Positions 30,223 to 41,273 are shown, counted from the stretch's first letter. The stretch is 64,000 nucleotides of DNA from an uncultured Chloroflexia bacterium (GCA_963776385.1 CAVZME010000011.1:138807-202806), one strand, 5' to 3'. Translations and numbers: made by a program. Notes: generated by a model not told the origin, from the sequence alone.

Positions 30223-31379
30223 TCAGGACCGCCCGGCAGCAGCGGCGATGCGGCCGGCGTTCAGGATCTCGGTCGCGACGCGCATGACGTCCTTCGTGAT
30301 CGGCGCATCGGGATTGGCGAGGACGAACGGCACGCCCTCGTTGTTGGACTGGACGACGAGCATGCCGTCGGACACGACACGGTGCTCGGGCACCCGACCG
30401 AGCGCTCGCTCCAGGTCGCTCGGGTCGATGCCCGCCGGGCGAATCCGCACGGTTCACGAGGTAGCGGACCTTGGACGCCGGGTAGCCGATCGAGCGGAAC
30501 GTGTCGGCGATGGCCACCGTGTTGTGGATCGTCGTCGAGTCGTAGGTGACGATCTCGATGATCGACGTCGCTCGCGTCCAGGAAGGCCAGGTTGATGTCG
30601 TTGAGCTGGCTCGACATGTCGATGACGATCGACTCGTACACCCGGCGCAGGAGCGACAGCACCTTCTCCACGTCGCGCGGCGTCAGCATCTCGGCCATCT
30701 CGATGCGCGGCGGTGCGAGCAGGATGTCGATCCCGGACGGGTCGCGCCAGAGGACGTCGCCGAGGTCCGACTTCGGCGATCCGGTCGGTCGGCAGGTCGA
30801 GGATCGACGGCGCATCGACCGGCACCTTGAGCAGCGACCGCAGGTCGCCGAACTGGAGGCTGCCGTCGATGAGCACGGTCTTCTGCTCGAGCTGGCCGAG
30901 GGCGACGGCGAGATTGAACGCGATGGTCGTCTTGCCGACGCCGCCCTTCGGGGCGAAGACGCTCATCACCCGTGGTCGTGGCGACCGCCTGGTGCTCCTC
31001 GAATTCCTTGCGCGCGTTGCCGATCCGGGTCATCAGGTCGAAGCCGGAGAACGGCATCGACAGGACGCCATGGATGCCCTTCGACGGGTCGGCCTCGAAC
31101 GGGTTCTGCGGGACCGTCAGGACGATGACCGGGCACGCCGAGCTCGGCCTCGTGGATCATCTCGACGAGCTTGGGGCCCTTGATCCGACCCTGCAGCAGC
31201 GCGTCGACGAGGACGATGTCCGGTCGGAGCTCCTTGATCGTCGCGACGCCTTGGCTGCCGTCGGTGAGGACGTCGAGCAGCTTGACCCGTGCCTGGGCAT
31301 TGAGCAGGCCGCGGATGTACTGGGCGACCTGCGGCACGTCCTCGACGATGAGCAGGCGCGTCTGATCGGTCGATGCCAT
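30223..31379 (-). pseudogene. second CpaE-type REC + MinD/ParA ATPase gene; at least five apparent frameshifts
   Basis: Rebuilt from ORFs 30966..31418 (REC: TRLLIVEDVPQVAQYIRGLL..DIVLVDALL), 30683..31057, 30454..30969 (APKGGVGKTTIAFNLA, LIDGSLQFGDLRSLL), 30261..30815, 30164..30517 and 30223..30450. Clearly paralogous to 5104..6268 (compare LVDGNLQFGDHRVFL). Confidence 0.75.
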
Positions 31380-31457
31380 CGGCCGGACGATACCACGAGG
31401 GTCGCGGGTCGGACCCACGCCGGAGGTCCCGGTCGGCCGATGGCCCGGACGGGTCGG

Positions 31458-32257
31458 TCAGGGCTTGACGGCGACGAGGATCGCGCGCTCGCTGCCCGGC
31501 CCGAGGAGCCCCATCTCGTAGTCGCCGGCGATCATCTCGATGATCAGCCCGGCGTCCTCCGCGAATCCGCGCAACTCATCCACGGAGACGAGTCGCAGCC
31601 GGTCCCGGCGGACCCACCGACGGGTCGGTTCGCCCTGCCCACCCTCCTCGAAGATCGTCGTCAGGGTGACGCTGGCGGTGGCCGCATCGTGCTGGGCGGA
31701 GGCGACCTTGGTGACGATCGTCGCCCGTCTCCGGGTCGAGCCGCGGCCATTCGAGGCTGATCCGGCCATCGAAGCGGGCGAGATCGGTCGGCGTCAGGCA
31801 GCCAGACATCGACGACCGCGAGACCACCCGGAGCGAGGTGATCGGCCATCGCCCGGAGCGCGGCACGCTGGGCAGCCCGGGTCGGCAGCACGAGCAGCGA
31901 GTTGAGCGCGATGAAGGCCAGTCCGAACAGGGGCTCACCGGGCAGCCGCAGACCCGACGATGTCGGCCTCGATCAGGGTCAGTCGGTCCTCGCCGGCGTT
32001 GCCGCGGACCCGGTCGCGCGCGCGCTCGAGCATCGCCGGATCGAGGTCGACGCCGGTGACGAGATGGCCGGCCTCCGCCAGCGGGATGGCCAGCCGGCCG
32101 GTGCCGACCGCGAGCTCGAGGATCGGGCCCTCGGCGCGATCGGCCAGGGCGAGGAACAGGTCGAGGTCGCCGGGGTCGTCGACGAGGTCGAGGTCGTACA
32201 GGCGCGCGAGCGCCGCCGCGGACGCGGCGTCGGGCCGATCGAGCGGCGAGCGGTCGA
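31458..32257 (-). pseudogene. class I SAM-dependent methyltransferase; three apparent +1 frameshifts, start unresolved
   Basis: Motif I ILELAVGTGRLAIPLAEAGHLVTGVDLDPAML lies in the tail of ORF 31935..32942 and continues in ORFs 31661..31891, 31576..31938 and 31458..31769. Frame path 2>1>0>2, with changes near 31950, 31790 and 31722. No canonical start codon follows the agmatinase stop. Confidence 0.6.
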
Positions 32258-32260
32258 TGG

Positions 32261-33321
32261 TCAGCCCTCCCAGCGGACCCGGCCGCCGTCGCGCCGCTTC
32301 ACGGCGAGGGCGCTGATCGCCTCGAGTGCCGCCCGGTTGGCGGCCGCGGCCGTCGTCTCGGCCTGATCGTACGGTGGCGACACCTCGACGATGTCCATCC
32401 CCGCGAGATCGACCGCAGCCGACGATCTGGCGGATGGCGCGGAGGACCTCGCGGGTCAGCATCCCGCCGGGTTCCGGCGTGCCGGTGCCGGGCGCCATAC
32501 CCGGATCGATCACGTCGATGTCGAGCGACAGGTAGATCGAATCAGGGCCATCGAGGGCCTCGGCGATCGCATCGGCGATGACCGCCTCCGAGCCGCGTTC
32601 CTCGATCTCGCGCATGAAGTGCCAGCGCAGACCCTGCTCCTTCATCCAGGCGAACGTCTCGGGCGGCGGCCAGTAGCCGCGCAACCCGACCTGGACGAAG
32701 TTCTTGCCGCTGACCGCGCCCGACTCGATGAGCCGCCGCATCGGCGAGCCGTGGCTGGCCAGCACGCCCCACGCATCGTTGGCCGTGTCGGCATGAGCGT
32801 CGAAATGGACGATGCCGATGCTGCCCGGCCGCCGAACCTCGGCGATCGCCGTCGCGGACGGCCAGGTGATCGAATGGTCGCCGCCCAGGACGATCGGGAT
32901 GGCGCCCGTCCGGGCGACCTCGAGGACCTTCCGGTAGATCATCGCGTGACCGCGCTCGATCCACGCCGGGACGATGTTGGCGTCGCCGGCATCGACGACG
33001 GTCAGGACCTCGAACGGCTGGATGTCGAGAGCGAGCGAATGGATCGAGCCGGAGGTGTACTGCGCCTCGCGGATCGCCCGCGGTCCGAATCGGGCTCCGG
33101 AGCGATGGGTGACGGCATCGTCGAACGGGGCTCCGATGATCGCGACGTCGACGCCGGCCTGCCGGATCGCCGTCGGGATCGGTCATCCAGGGCAGGTTCA
33201 TGAAGGTGGATGGCCCGACGTAGGTCGGCAGATCGAGGTCGGCGAATGTCTCGAAGTCGGCATCCCAGCCATTCCGGCGCGCGTACCCCGGGTCGGTGGG
33301 ATCGAGTGGGCGCTCAGCCAC
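32261..33321 (-). CDS. speB: agmatinase/ureohydrolase family enzyme; two apparent frameshifts
   Basis: N-terminus comes from ORF 32542..33321. The core is in the 31935..32942 frame (GGDHSITWP, HFDAHADT, SLDIDVIDPGMAPGTGTPEPGG). The last about 50 aa are in a third frame (..AAVDLAGMDIVEVSPPYDQAETTAAAANRAALEAISALAV..) ending at TGA 32261-32263. Frame changes near 33178 and 32425. Span 1061 nt = 3n+2. Confidence 0.8.
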
Positions 33322-33469
33322 GGAGGAACCTCCGAAGACGGTCGCGGCTTCGATGCGCCGCGGTCAGGTCCGTCTCGCTGGGGGGCGCCGCCGGTTCGCC
33401 CTACGTCCAGCGGGGCGCGCCGATTGGATAGTAGCAGGCGAATTCGGCCGGCTTCGCAATTCCGGTGCG

Positions 33470-34675
33470 TCACGTGCCGGAGTGGAACTCCGCCCAGGCT
33501 GCCGCAACCAGGTCCGGGTCGCGATAGAGGTCGAGCGCGGTCTGGGCGATGAGCGTTGCTGCGAGGAGGGTGGTCTCGTCGGCTCGGGGCGTCGCAGCGG
33601 CGTCGCGGAACAGGATCGAGTGGCCGGGCGTGCCCTCGGGCGCGATGGCGAGGTCGGGGTGGATCGTCGGGCAGACCCAGCTGACGTTGGCCATGTCGGT
33701 CGAGCCGGCGTTCGGGTCGTCGCCCTGGTCCTCTATCCCGTAGGCGGCCATGTTGGCCCGGAATCGTTCCGCAAGGACCCCGTTGTTGCGCATCGTTCGG
33801 GCGAGGCCGGAGAACGTGACCTCGACGGTCGTGTCGGTCGCCAGCGCCGCGGCCACGCACATGTCGCGGAAGCGATCACGCATCGATCCGTAGTCCGACT
33901 CGTCATCGCTCCGGATCATGAACCAGGCGGACGCCCGGTCCGGGATGATGTTGGCGGCGGTGCCACCCTCGCGGACGATGCCGTGGACGCGGGCGGTCGG
34001 CTTCAGCTGCTGGCGCCACAGGCCGACCGATGTGAACAGCAGGATCAGCGCATCCAGGGCGTTCTTGCCGCGCCACGGATCGGACGACGCGTGCGACTGC
34101 AGTCCCGTGAAGACGACGTCGGCATCCTCCGACGCGAGCGGGAAGCTCTCGACGTGGGACCGGTCGCAGGGGTGGTACAGGAGCGCCGCGTCGAGCCCCT
34201 CGAAGAGGCCATCGTCGATCATGATCTGCTTGCCGCTCCCCCGCTCCTCGGCCGGCGTCCCGAGGAAGACGATCTCGCCCGGGAGGTCTTCCGCGATCGC
34301 CGCGAGCGCGATCGCCGCCCCGACCCCAGATGCGGCCATCGTGTTGTGACCGCAGCCGTGGCCCAGACCCGGCAGCGCGTCGTACTCGGCCAGGATGCCG
34401 ATGCGCGGGCCATCGCCCGGACGGCCGCCACGGCGGCTTGCGTGGATCGCCGTGGCAAGACTGCCGGCGGGATGTTCGACCGCGTATCCGTGACGCACGA
34501 GGACCTCGGCGATCCAGGCCGCGGCGTGATGCTCCTCGAAGGCGGGCTCCGGGTCGGCATGGATCCGGTGCGAGAGGTCGAGGACCTCGTCGCGTGCCGC
34601 CTCGATCGCGGCGGCGAGACGAGCCTTGTCGTCCTCGTATGGAGCGGCCGGGCGGATAGCGGTCAGCTCGGGCAC
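33470..34675 (-). CDS. M20D-family amidohydrolase (aminoacylase/AbgB-like)
   Basis: 401-aa single ORF with ..LPGLGHGCGHNTMAASG.. and ..GTPAEERGSGK.. patterns of M20D amidohydrolases. Confidence 0.85.
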   Translation of the reverse strand: MPELTAIRPAAPYEDDKARLAAAIEAARDEVLDLSHRIHADPEPAFEEHHAAAWIAEVLVRHGYAVEHPAGSLATAIHASRRGGRPGDGPRIGILAEYDALPGLGHGCGHNTMAASGVGAAIALAAIAEDLPGEIVFLGTPAEERGSGKQIMIDDGLFEGLDAALLYHPCDRSHVESFPLASEDADVVFTGLQSHASSDPWRGKNALDALILLFTSVGLWRQQLKPTARVHGIVREGGTAANIIPDRASAWFMIRSDDESDYGSMRDRFRDMCVAAALATDTTVEVTFSGLARTMRNNGVLAERFRANMAAYGIEDQGDDPNAGSTDMANVSWVCPTIHPDLAIAPEGTPGHSILFRDAAATPRADETTLLAATLIAQTALDLYRDPDLVAAAWAEFHSGT

Positions 34676-34754
34676 ACGGTCTCCTGACTGGGCGGGATGA
34701 CGGGGCGGTGTCGCTGGCTCGGGACAGCCTAGCGCGAGCCGCGGCGCGATGGGG

Positions 34755-35201
34755 CTAGCGTTCCGCCGAGAGGGTCGCCTCCGCGACGACGACCAGGGCG
34801 ATGATGAAGATCGCGATCGGCAGCTCGAGCAGGCCCTGGAGCCTGAGGATCACCAGGATGGCGACGACGATGCCGATCCAGGCCGCCCGACGGATCGCAC
34901 GCACCCAATCGCCGCGGTAGGCGATCCGCCGGTGACGCCCGAAGGTCGTCAGCCAGACGAGCGGGATCACGGTCAGCGTCACGGCCAGACCGATGAGCGC
35001 TGCGCCGACGAACCCGGCGCTCGGGTCCAGGGTCGGATCGCGCGTCGTGACGACGAAACCGACGAGAACCCAGACGACCGCGGCGGCCGCGAAGCAGGCC
35101 AGGTTGGCGGTCCGGTCGCGGGATTCCATGAGCATCGAGTCTAGGCCTTCGGGCCCGCCCGCCGTGACCCACGGCCGGATCCAGCGCGCGAGGATCGCCA
35201 T
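34755..35201 (-). CDS. small integral membrane protein
   Basis: ATG 35201. About 148 aa with four hydrophobic helices (AAAVVWVLVGFVV, AALIGLAVTLTVIPLVWL, IGIVVAILVILRL, IAIFIIALVVVA). No family recognised. Confidence 0.6.
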   Translation of the reverse strand: MAILARWIRPWVTAGGPEGLDSMLMESRDRTANLACFAAAAVVWVLVGFVVTTRDPTLDPSAGFVGAALIGLAVTLTVIPLVWLTTFGRHRRIAYRGDWVRAIRRAAWIGIVVAILVILRLQGLLELPIAIFIIALVVVAEATLSAER

Positions 35202-35296
35202 CGCCGATACGGTCCCCCCGGGTGGTGCCTCGATGGTTCGGGGCGGACCGTGAACGATGGGTCGGAACGTCGGCAGCGTCGAGTCGGGTGGATGCC

Positions 35297-38200
35297 CTAT
35301 CGAGCGACGCTCGCCGGGCACATGTCCCGGAAGGCGCAGTACGAGCAGGCGAGGTAGTCCGGCCGCGGCGTGTAGTCGCGGGCCCGCATCCCGGCCGCCG
35401 CCGTAGCGATCTTCTCCCGAGCCTTGGCCAGCCGGGCGGGGTCGACCGCGACTTCGCCGATCAGCCCGGACTCGAGGAAGTGGAGCGAGAGCGCGTCGGG
35501 CAGTCGCCCGGTCATCGCCTCATAGCCCATCGCATAGATCTGGAGCTGGAGTGACTCCCGGGCACGCTGACGAGCCTTGGCCGGGTCTCGGACATCGGAC
35601 GACTTGTAGTCGGTGATGGTCACCCGCTCGGGCCCGAGTATGCCGAGCGTCGGCGAGACGACATCGGCGTTCTGTCCACTCGCGGGTGCGGCCGTCGGGG
35701 TCGCGGTCTCGATCGGGACGACGTCGACGCGGTCCCAACGGCCACGGACGCGGTCGCCGCCGAGGGTGAAACTGAACTCGCGCTCGACGTAGGTCGGGAT
35801 GACCGCATCAGGCTCGAGCTGGGCGGTCCGGAACCGGCGAAGCGCCGCCCGGCCTGCGGTCAGTCGCGCCTCCTCGTGGTCGCGGCTCATGAAGCCCTCG
35901 TTCGACCAGGCGGAATCGAAGACCTCGTCGAGCTCCGCCTCGCTCATCACATAGCCCTTGCCGTGGCGGTGGTGGAACATCTGGACGGCCTTGTGGAGCG
36001 CGGCGCCGTAGACGATCGCGTGATGGGGCGCGAGCGGCACGCGAAGGACGTGGGCGAACTTGTACTTGAGCGGGCAGGTCAGGTAATCGTCGATCTGATA
36101 GAAGCTCAGCGACAACGGCTCGGTGATCGGTCCGTCGGTGGCGACCGGGTTCGGGACGGCCCGCTCGAAGGTCGCGAGGCGCTCGGTGGGCGTGCTGGCC
36201 TTCGCGCCGGCACCCGGGACGCCGGCGACGGTCGGCAGGTCGAGCGCTTCCAGGACGAACGGCGACACACGCCTGGCGCGTGCACCGCCGTAGTCGGCGG
36301 CGTGCGACAGGATGAGTTCGTCGCGCGCCCGGGTCATCGCCACGTAGCACAGGCGACGCTCTTCGCCGAGTGCTGCCTCGACGCTCGGCGGCTCGCCCCT
36401 CCCGAGCCCTGCAGGAAGTGCCAGCGGTTCCCCACGGCCGTTGCCGGGGAACCGACCGGCCACCATGCCGGGCAGGAAGACGACCGGGAACTCGAGACCC
36501 TTGGACTTGTGGACCGTAAGGACCGCGACCGCGTCGGCGTCGGGATCGAGCTCCGCCGTTGCCGGATCGTCGCCCGCCTCGATGAGGGTCGACAGGTGCG
36601 GGGCGACGAAGATCGCACGATCGTCGCGGAGCAGCGCCGACTGGGACCGGACGATCTCGAAGAACCGGGCCACGTTCGCGAGCTGCTCCTCGGCCGCTGG
36701 AGTATCGGTCTCGACCAGCCGCGCGAGGAGACCGCTCCCGCGCAGGAATCGGTAGAGCAGCTCTCCGGCGGGTCGCTCATGGGCCTCGTCCGCGTAGCCG
36801 CGCAGGTCGCCGACGAGCTTGCGGACGGTCGCCCGCGACTCCGGCCCGACCCGCAGGATGCCGGGCTGCCGGTCCAGCTCCTCGAGGACCGCCCAGATCG
36901 AGCGATTGCGTCGCCGCGCCATGTTCACGATCGCGGTCAGGTCCTCGCCACCGAGCCGATAGACCTCGGATGCGGCCACCGCGTATAGATCCACGCTCGA
37001 ATCGAGGTCTGCGGCGACGCGCAGGAAGGACAGGAGCAATCGCACCTCCGGACGCGCGTACAACCCGGATGTCCCGGAGAACCGCCACGGGATGGCCGCC
37101 ATGTTGAGCGCGCGCAGGATCGGGTCCGCATGGCCGTTCGCGCGCACGAGGACGGCGTGATCCCGGGCGGACGCACCGCCTTCGAGCCGTCGACCGATCT
37201 CGGCCGCGATCCAGTCTGCCTCCTCGGCACCCGACCCGAAGACCTCGAGCCGGACCGGCGCGGCCGTCGGCGAGACGCGCTGAGGCCGAAGTCGCTTGAC
37301 GATCCCGGTCCGAACCTCGAGCCGGTCCGGATCATTGAACCGGATGAGCCGGTATGAGGCCTCGAGGATGGGCCCGAGCGACCGGTAGTTCCGCCGCAAC
37401 ACCACGGTCCGCGCCCCGAGATATCGGTCCTGGAAGGCCAGGATGTTGTCGATCGCCGCGCCGCGGAAGGCATAGATGGCCTGGTCGTCATCGCCGACGA
37501 CCGTCACGTTCCGATGCTCGTCAGCCAGTGTCGCGACGAGTTCGGCCTGCGCCCGATTGGTGTCCTGGAACTCGTCGACGAGGATGTACCGGAACCGGCT
37601 CGCGATCTCGCGGCGCGCGGCCGGCGACGTGCGCACGAGCCGCAACGCGAGCGCGACCTGGTCGCCGAAGTCGATGCAGCCGGCGGTCGCCATCAGGTCC
37701 TGGTACGTGGCGTAGGCGCGTGCCAGCTCCGCCTGGCGTCGAGCGTCCTCGGCCGCGGCCTCGGCGACGTCCTGCGCGCTCTCGTCGTCGGGTGCCGCTG
37801 CCTCGCGGACCCATTCTGCCTCGGCCGCGACCCGATCCGCGTGCTCGAGGTAGTCGGCCGGCGAGATGTCCTCGTCCTTGCACCGGCTGAACAGCGCGGC
37901 GAGCGCCGCCAGGAACCGGGTCGGATCGCCCAGCGGCCGGTACGCGTCCAGGTCGAACTCGAAGAGATGCTCGCGCAGGAAGATGACGACTTCCGCGCGG
38001 GTCAGGACCCGCAGGTCGGTCGGCAAGCCCAGTTCGAGCGCGTACTCGCGGATGACCCGGTCACCGAAGGCGTGGAACGTGCTGATGGCCGTGTCGGTGT
38101 AGCCGTAGGGGACGAGCTGGTCGACGCGGATCGCCATCTCCTCGGCCGCCTTGTCCGTGAACGTCAGGGCCAGGATCTCCGACGGCTTGGCACGACGCGT

Positions 38201-38494
38201 CGCGATGAGCCAGGCGATCCGGCGTGTGATGACCTGGGTCTTGCCGGTCCCGGCGCCCGCCACCACGAGCAGCGGCCCGGTGCCGTGCGTCACCGCACGG
38301 AGCTGGTCGGGGTTGAGACCGCCGAGCAGCGCCTCGAGGCCGGCCGGTGCCGCCGCCGCGAGCGATGGCGCCATGACCGGCACGAGATCGCGCCAGGCCG
38401 GCAGCTGATCCAGCGGCGACGGCTCGCGCCGACGCCTGGCACGCGGCCTGGTCACGGGGATCGGATGGGTCGGAACGGCGGTCGTGGGGGCCAT
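35297..38494 (-). CDS. UvrD/PcrA-type superfamily 1 helicase fused to a C-terminal PD-(D/E)XK nuclease with four-Cys (Cas4/AddB-like) cluster
   Basis: ATG 38494 (the track start at 38878 would run through the upstream gene). Motifs VVAGAGTGKTQV, ILVDEFQDTN, VGDDDQAIYAFRGA, TVHKSKGLEF. The nuclease part carries ..DDYLTCPLKYKF.. and a terminal CSYCAFRDMCP. 3198 nt with no frame change. Confidence 0.9.
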   Translation of the reverse strand: MAPTTAVPTHPIPVTRPRARRRREPSPLDQLPAWRDLVPVMAPSLAAAAPAGLEALLGGLNPDQLRAVTHGTGPLLVVAGAGTGKTQVITRRIAWLIATRRAKPSEILALTFTDKAAEEMAIRVDQLVPYGYTDTAISTFHAFGDRVIREYALELGLPTDLRVLTRAEVVIFLREHLFEFDLDAYRPLGDPTRFLAALAALFSRCKDEDISPADYLEHADRVAAEAEWVREAAAPDDESAQDVAEAAAEDARRQAELARAYATYQDLMATAGCIDFGDQVALALRLVRTSPAARREIASRFRYILVDEFQDTNRAQAELVATLADEHRNVTVVGDDDQAIYAFRGAAIDNILAFQDRYLGARTVVLRRNYRSLGPILEASYRLIRFNDPDRLEVRTGIVKRLRPQRVSPTAAPVRLEVFGSGAEEADWIAAEIGRRLEGGASARDHAVLVRANGHADPILRALNMAAIPWRFSGTSGLYARPEVRLLLSFLRVAADLDSSVDLYAVAASEVYRLGGEDLTAIVNMARRRNRSIWAVLEELDRQPGILRVGPESRATVRKLVGDLRGYADEAHERPAGELLYRFLRGSGLLARLVETDTPAAEEQLANVARFFEIVRSQSALLRDDRAIFVAPHLSTLIEAGDDPATAELDPDADAVAVLTVHKSKGLEFPVVFLPGMVAGRFPGNGRGEPLALPAGLGRGEPPSVEAALGEERRLCYVAMTRARDELILSHAADYGGARARRVSPFVLEALDLPTVAGVPGAGAKASTPTERLATFERAVPNPVATDGPITEPLSLSFYQIDDYLTCPLKYKFAHVLRVPLAPHHAIVYGAALHKAVQMFHHRHGKGYVMSEAELDEVFDSAWSNEGFMSRDHEEARLTAGRAALRRFRTAQLEPDAVIPTYVEREFSFTLGGDRVRGRWDRVDVVPIETATPTAAPASGQNADVVSPTLGILGPERVTITDYKSSDVRDPAKARQRARESLQLQIYAMGYEAMTGRLPDALSLHFLESGLIGEVAVDPARLAKAREKIATAAAGMRARDYTPRPDYLACSYCAFRDMCPASVAR

Positions 38495-38531
38495 GACCGA
38501 ACCATCGCCGACCCCTGTGACAGCTAGCCTG

Positions 38532-39005
38532 TCAGGCCAGCGCCTGCCGGAGCGCTTCGGTCTCTTCATCGGACAGGGCCGAGTCCGACCGACCGGCCGC
38601 GACCGCTTTCGCGTAGACCCGCGTCCCGGACCGCGCGTGAAGGCTCGACAGGACCCAGCCGTCGCCGGCGGCATCGAGCAACGCGAGCGCGAAGCTCTGA
38701 TTCCCGCCCGTCTCCTCGAAGGGGTTGTAGCGAACCAGGCCGACCCGCTGGAACGATCGGCGCTGGGCCGCCTCGAGGACCGCCATCCGGGCATCCAGGT
38801 CGCGGATGCCGCGGGCGACCGCGTCCACCTTGTCGAGGTGCGAATCGAGGACCGCCTCGAGGCTCTCGCCACCCCCACCGCGGGTCAACCCGCTCAACCG
38901 GGCATCGATCCGGCTGGTCCGCCGGGCGAGCGCGATGACCGCGATGAGCAACACGACGATGACGATGGCCAGCCCGACGACGATCGGGCCGAGGGAGGGC
39001 TCCAC
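38532..39005 (-). CDS. DUF4446 family protein
   Basis: 157 aa. N-terminal TM helix, coiled coil, and a C-terminal ..VGLVRYNPFEETGGNQSFALALLD..GWVLSSLH.. pattern that I recognise as DUF4446. Confidence 0.7.
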   Translation of the reverse strand: MEPSLGPIVVGLAIVIVVLLIAVIALARRTSRIDARLSGLTRGGGGESLEAVLDSHLDKVDAVARGIRDLDARMAVLEAAQRRSFQRVGLVRYNPFEETGGNQSFALALLDAAGDGWVLSSLHARSGTRVYAKAVAAGRSDSALSDEETEALRQALA

Positions 39006-39196
39006 GAAGGCGTTGAGATCGATCGGACGGCCTCCAGTCGGGCGGTCGGGCGGGTCGACCGAGTCTAGCAGGGGGCCTTCACCGCGACCTCGTCGGACGG
39101 GGTGCTATCCTCTGCCGTCGACAGCCCGAACCGCCGGATGAGCGCGACCTGCGCCCGCGGTCGAACCGAGCCACCGATGGAGGCCCCCAGCACACC

Positions 39197-39586
39197 ATGG
39201 CCAAGCGCTCACGCGGCAGCACGTCCCGTCCGGGGCAGCGCCCACCTCTCCAGCGCCAGGCGGCGAAGGCAGCCGCGCCGCCGGTGGCCGCGACCGCTGC
39301 GGTCCGACCTGTCGGCCTGACCGACGAAGAGGAGGCCCGTGCCGCGCAGCTCGAGGCGGCCATCGTCGCCGACGAGCGCCAGGCTGAATCGGCCAGCCGG
39401 AAGTCGAAGGCCGTCCGGACGGTCGAGCCGGTCGCGCGATCGTCGTCGCTCGAAGTCTCTGCCGCCGAGGAGTACGCCTACGTCGCCCGTGACGTCCGGC
39501 GCATCGCCATCGTCGGTGGATCACTCATCGGGCTCCTGCTGATCATGTGGGCCATCGCCCACTTCACCGGACTCGGCCCGCTCTAG
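39197..39586 (+). CDS. hypothetical tail-anchored membrane protein
   Basis: 129 aa. GGAGG lies about 12 nt before the ATG. Basic, Ala-rich N-terminus and a C-terminal TM helix IAIVGGSLIGLLLIMWAIAHF. No family recognised. Confidence 0.55.
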   Translation: MAKRSRGSTSRPGQRPPLQRQAAKAAAPPVAATAAVRPVGLTDEEEARAAQLEAAIVADERQAESASRKSKAVRTVEPVARSSSLEVSAAEEYAYVARDVRRIAIVGGSLIGLLLIMWAIAHFTGLGPL

Positions 39587-39629
39587 CCGGCAGCGTGGGG
39601 CGCGTCCACCGCGCGCTACCATCAGCCCC

Positions 39630-41143
39630 ATGCCATCGACCAGGCGTCCGGTCGGCGCCCGACCCGAGGCCCTCTTCCAGCCACCGCCCGAGCGACAGCC
39701 GCTGGCAGCTCGGATGCGGCCACGGAGCCTCGACGAGTTCGTCGGCCAGACGCACCTCGTCGGCGAGCGCGGCCCGCTCCGTCGCAGCATCGCCCGGGGG
39801 CACCTCTCGTCCCTGCTGCTGTGGGGACCGCCTGGCACCGGAAAGACCAGCCTCGCCCGCCTCCTCGCCGGCGAGATCGGGGCGCATTTCACGACGCTCT
39901 CCGCCGTCATGTCCGGCGTCGTCGAGGTCCGTGCGACCATCGCCGAGGCTCAGGAGCGACTGAACCTGCATGGGACCAGGAGCGTGCTCTTCCTCGACGA
40001 GATCCATCGCTTCAACAAGGCGCAGCAGGACGCGCTCCTGCCGCACGTCGAGGACGGCACGGTCACCCTGATCGGCGCGACGACCGAGAACCCCTACTTC
40101 GAAGTCAACGCAGCGTTGCTGTCGCGGATGCGCGTCTGGCGGCTCGAGGCGCTGACCGACGACGAGGTCGGGGCGGTGGTCCGTCGCGCACTGGCCGACG
40201 AGGAACGCGGACTCGCCGGCGGGCTCGGGCCGACCGGTGGCGTCGCCCTGACCGATGACGCGTTCGAGCATCTCGTCTCGCTCGCCGGCGGCGACGCCCG
40301 GGCCGCGCTCAACGTCCTCGAGGGCGCGGCGGCCATCGCCGAGTCCGAGGATGTCCGCGATGCCGACGGCCATGTCAGCCCGCGACTCGAGGACGTCGAA
40401 TCGGCCGCCCAGCAGCGCGTCCTCGCCTACGACCGCGCCGGCGACGGCCACTACGACACGGTGTCGGCGTTCATCAAGAGCCTGCGCGGCAACGACCCCG
40501 ACGCCGCGCTCTACTGGCTGGCAGCGATGATCGCGGCCGGCGAGGACCCGAAGTTCATCGCCCGACGCCTGATCATCAGCGCGTCGGAGGACGTCGGGAA
40601 TGCCGACCCGCGCGCGCTGTCGGTGGCGGTCGCGGCGGGCCAGGCGCTCGACTGGATCGGCCTGCCGGAGGCGCAATACGCGCTGGCGCAGGCAACGACG
40701 TATGTCGCGACGGCGCCGAAGTCGAACCGCTCCGGAGCGGCGTACTGGGCCGCCGTTTCGGACGTCGAGGCAAACGGCGCGCTGCCGGTGCCGCTCCATC
40801 TGCGCAACGCGGCGCACCGCGGGATGAAGCAGCACGGCATCGGCGTCGGCTACCGCTACTCGCACGACTACGAGGGCGCCGACGTCGAGCAGCAGTACCT
40901 GCCCGACGCGATCGTCGCCCGGCGCTACTACCTCCCGACCGACCCGGCTACGAATCGACGATCGCCGCCCGGATGGCCGCCCGGGCCGAGGCGCGAGCCA
41001 CCGCCAAGGCCGCGGGGCGGACGCCACGCGAGCCGACACCGACGCCCGAGGTCACGCGCCACGCGGGCGACGGCCTCATGAAGCAGCGCGAGACGAACCG
41101 CAAGAAGCTGGCCGACACCGAGAAGCGCGACGCCGGCGGCTAG
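39630..41143 (+). CDS. rarA: replication-associated recombination protein A (MgsA/RarA); one apparent -1 frameshift near the C-terminus
   Basis: Walker [12 protein letters not shown], ..[11 protein letters not shown].., MgsA_C ..[32 protein letters not shown]... The track ORF turns to Arg/Pro junk after ..YYLPTD. Shifting frame near 40945 gives ..[24 protein letters not shown].. ending at TAG 41141-41143. Confidence 0.9.
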
Positions 41144-41273
41144 GGAGCGACCGGGCGCGGATGAGTCGATGAGCGTCTGGCGCGTCACTGGAGCGAACGC
41201 GGCGGGTGGTCGCCCTTGTGCGCCCGCCGGTCATGCCGTACAACGGCACCATGTGTCGCAAGGTTCCGCGTTG

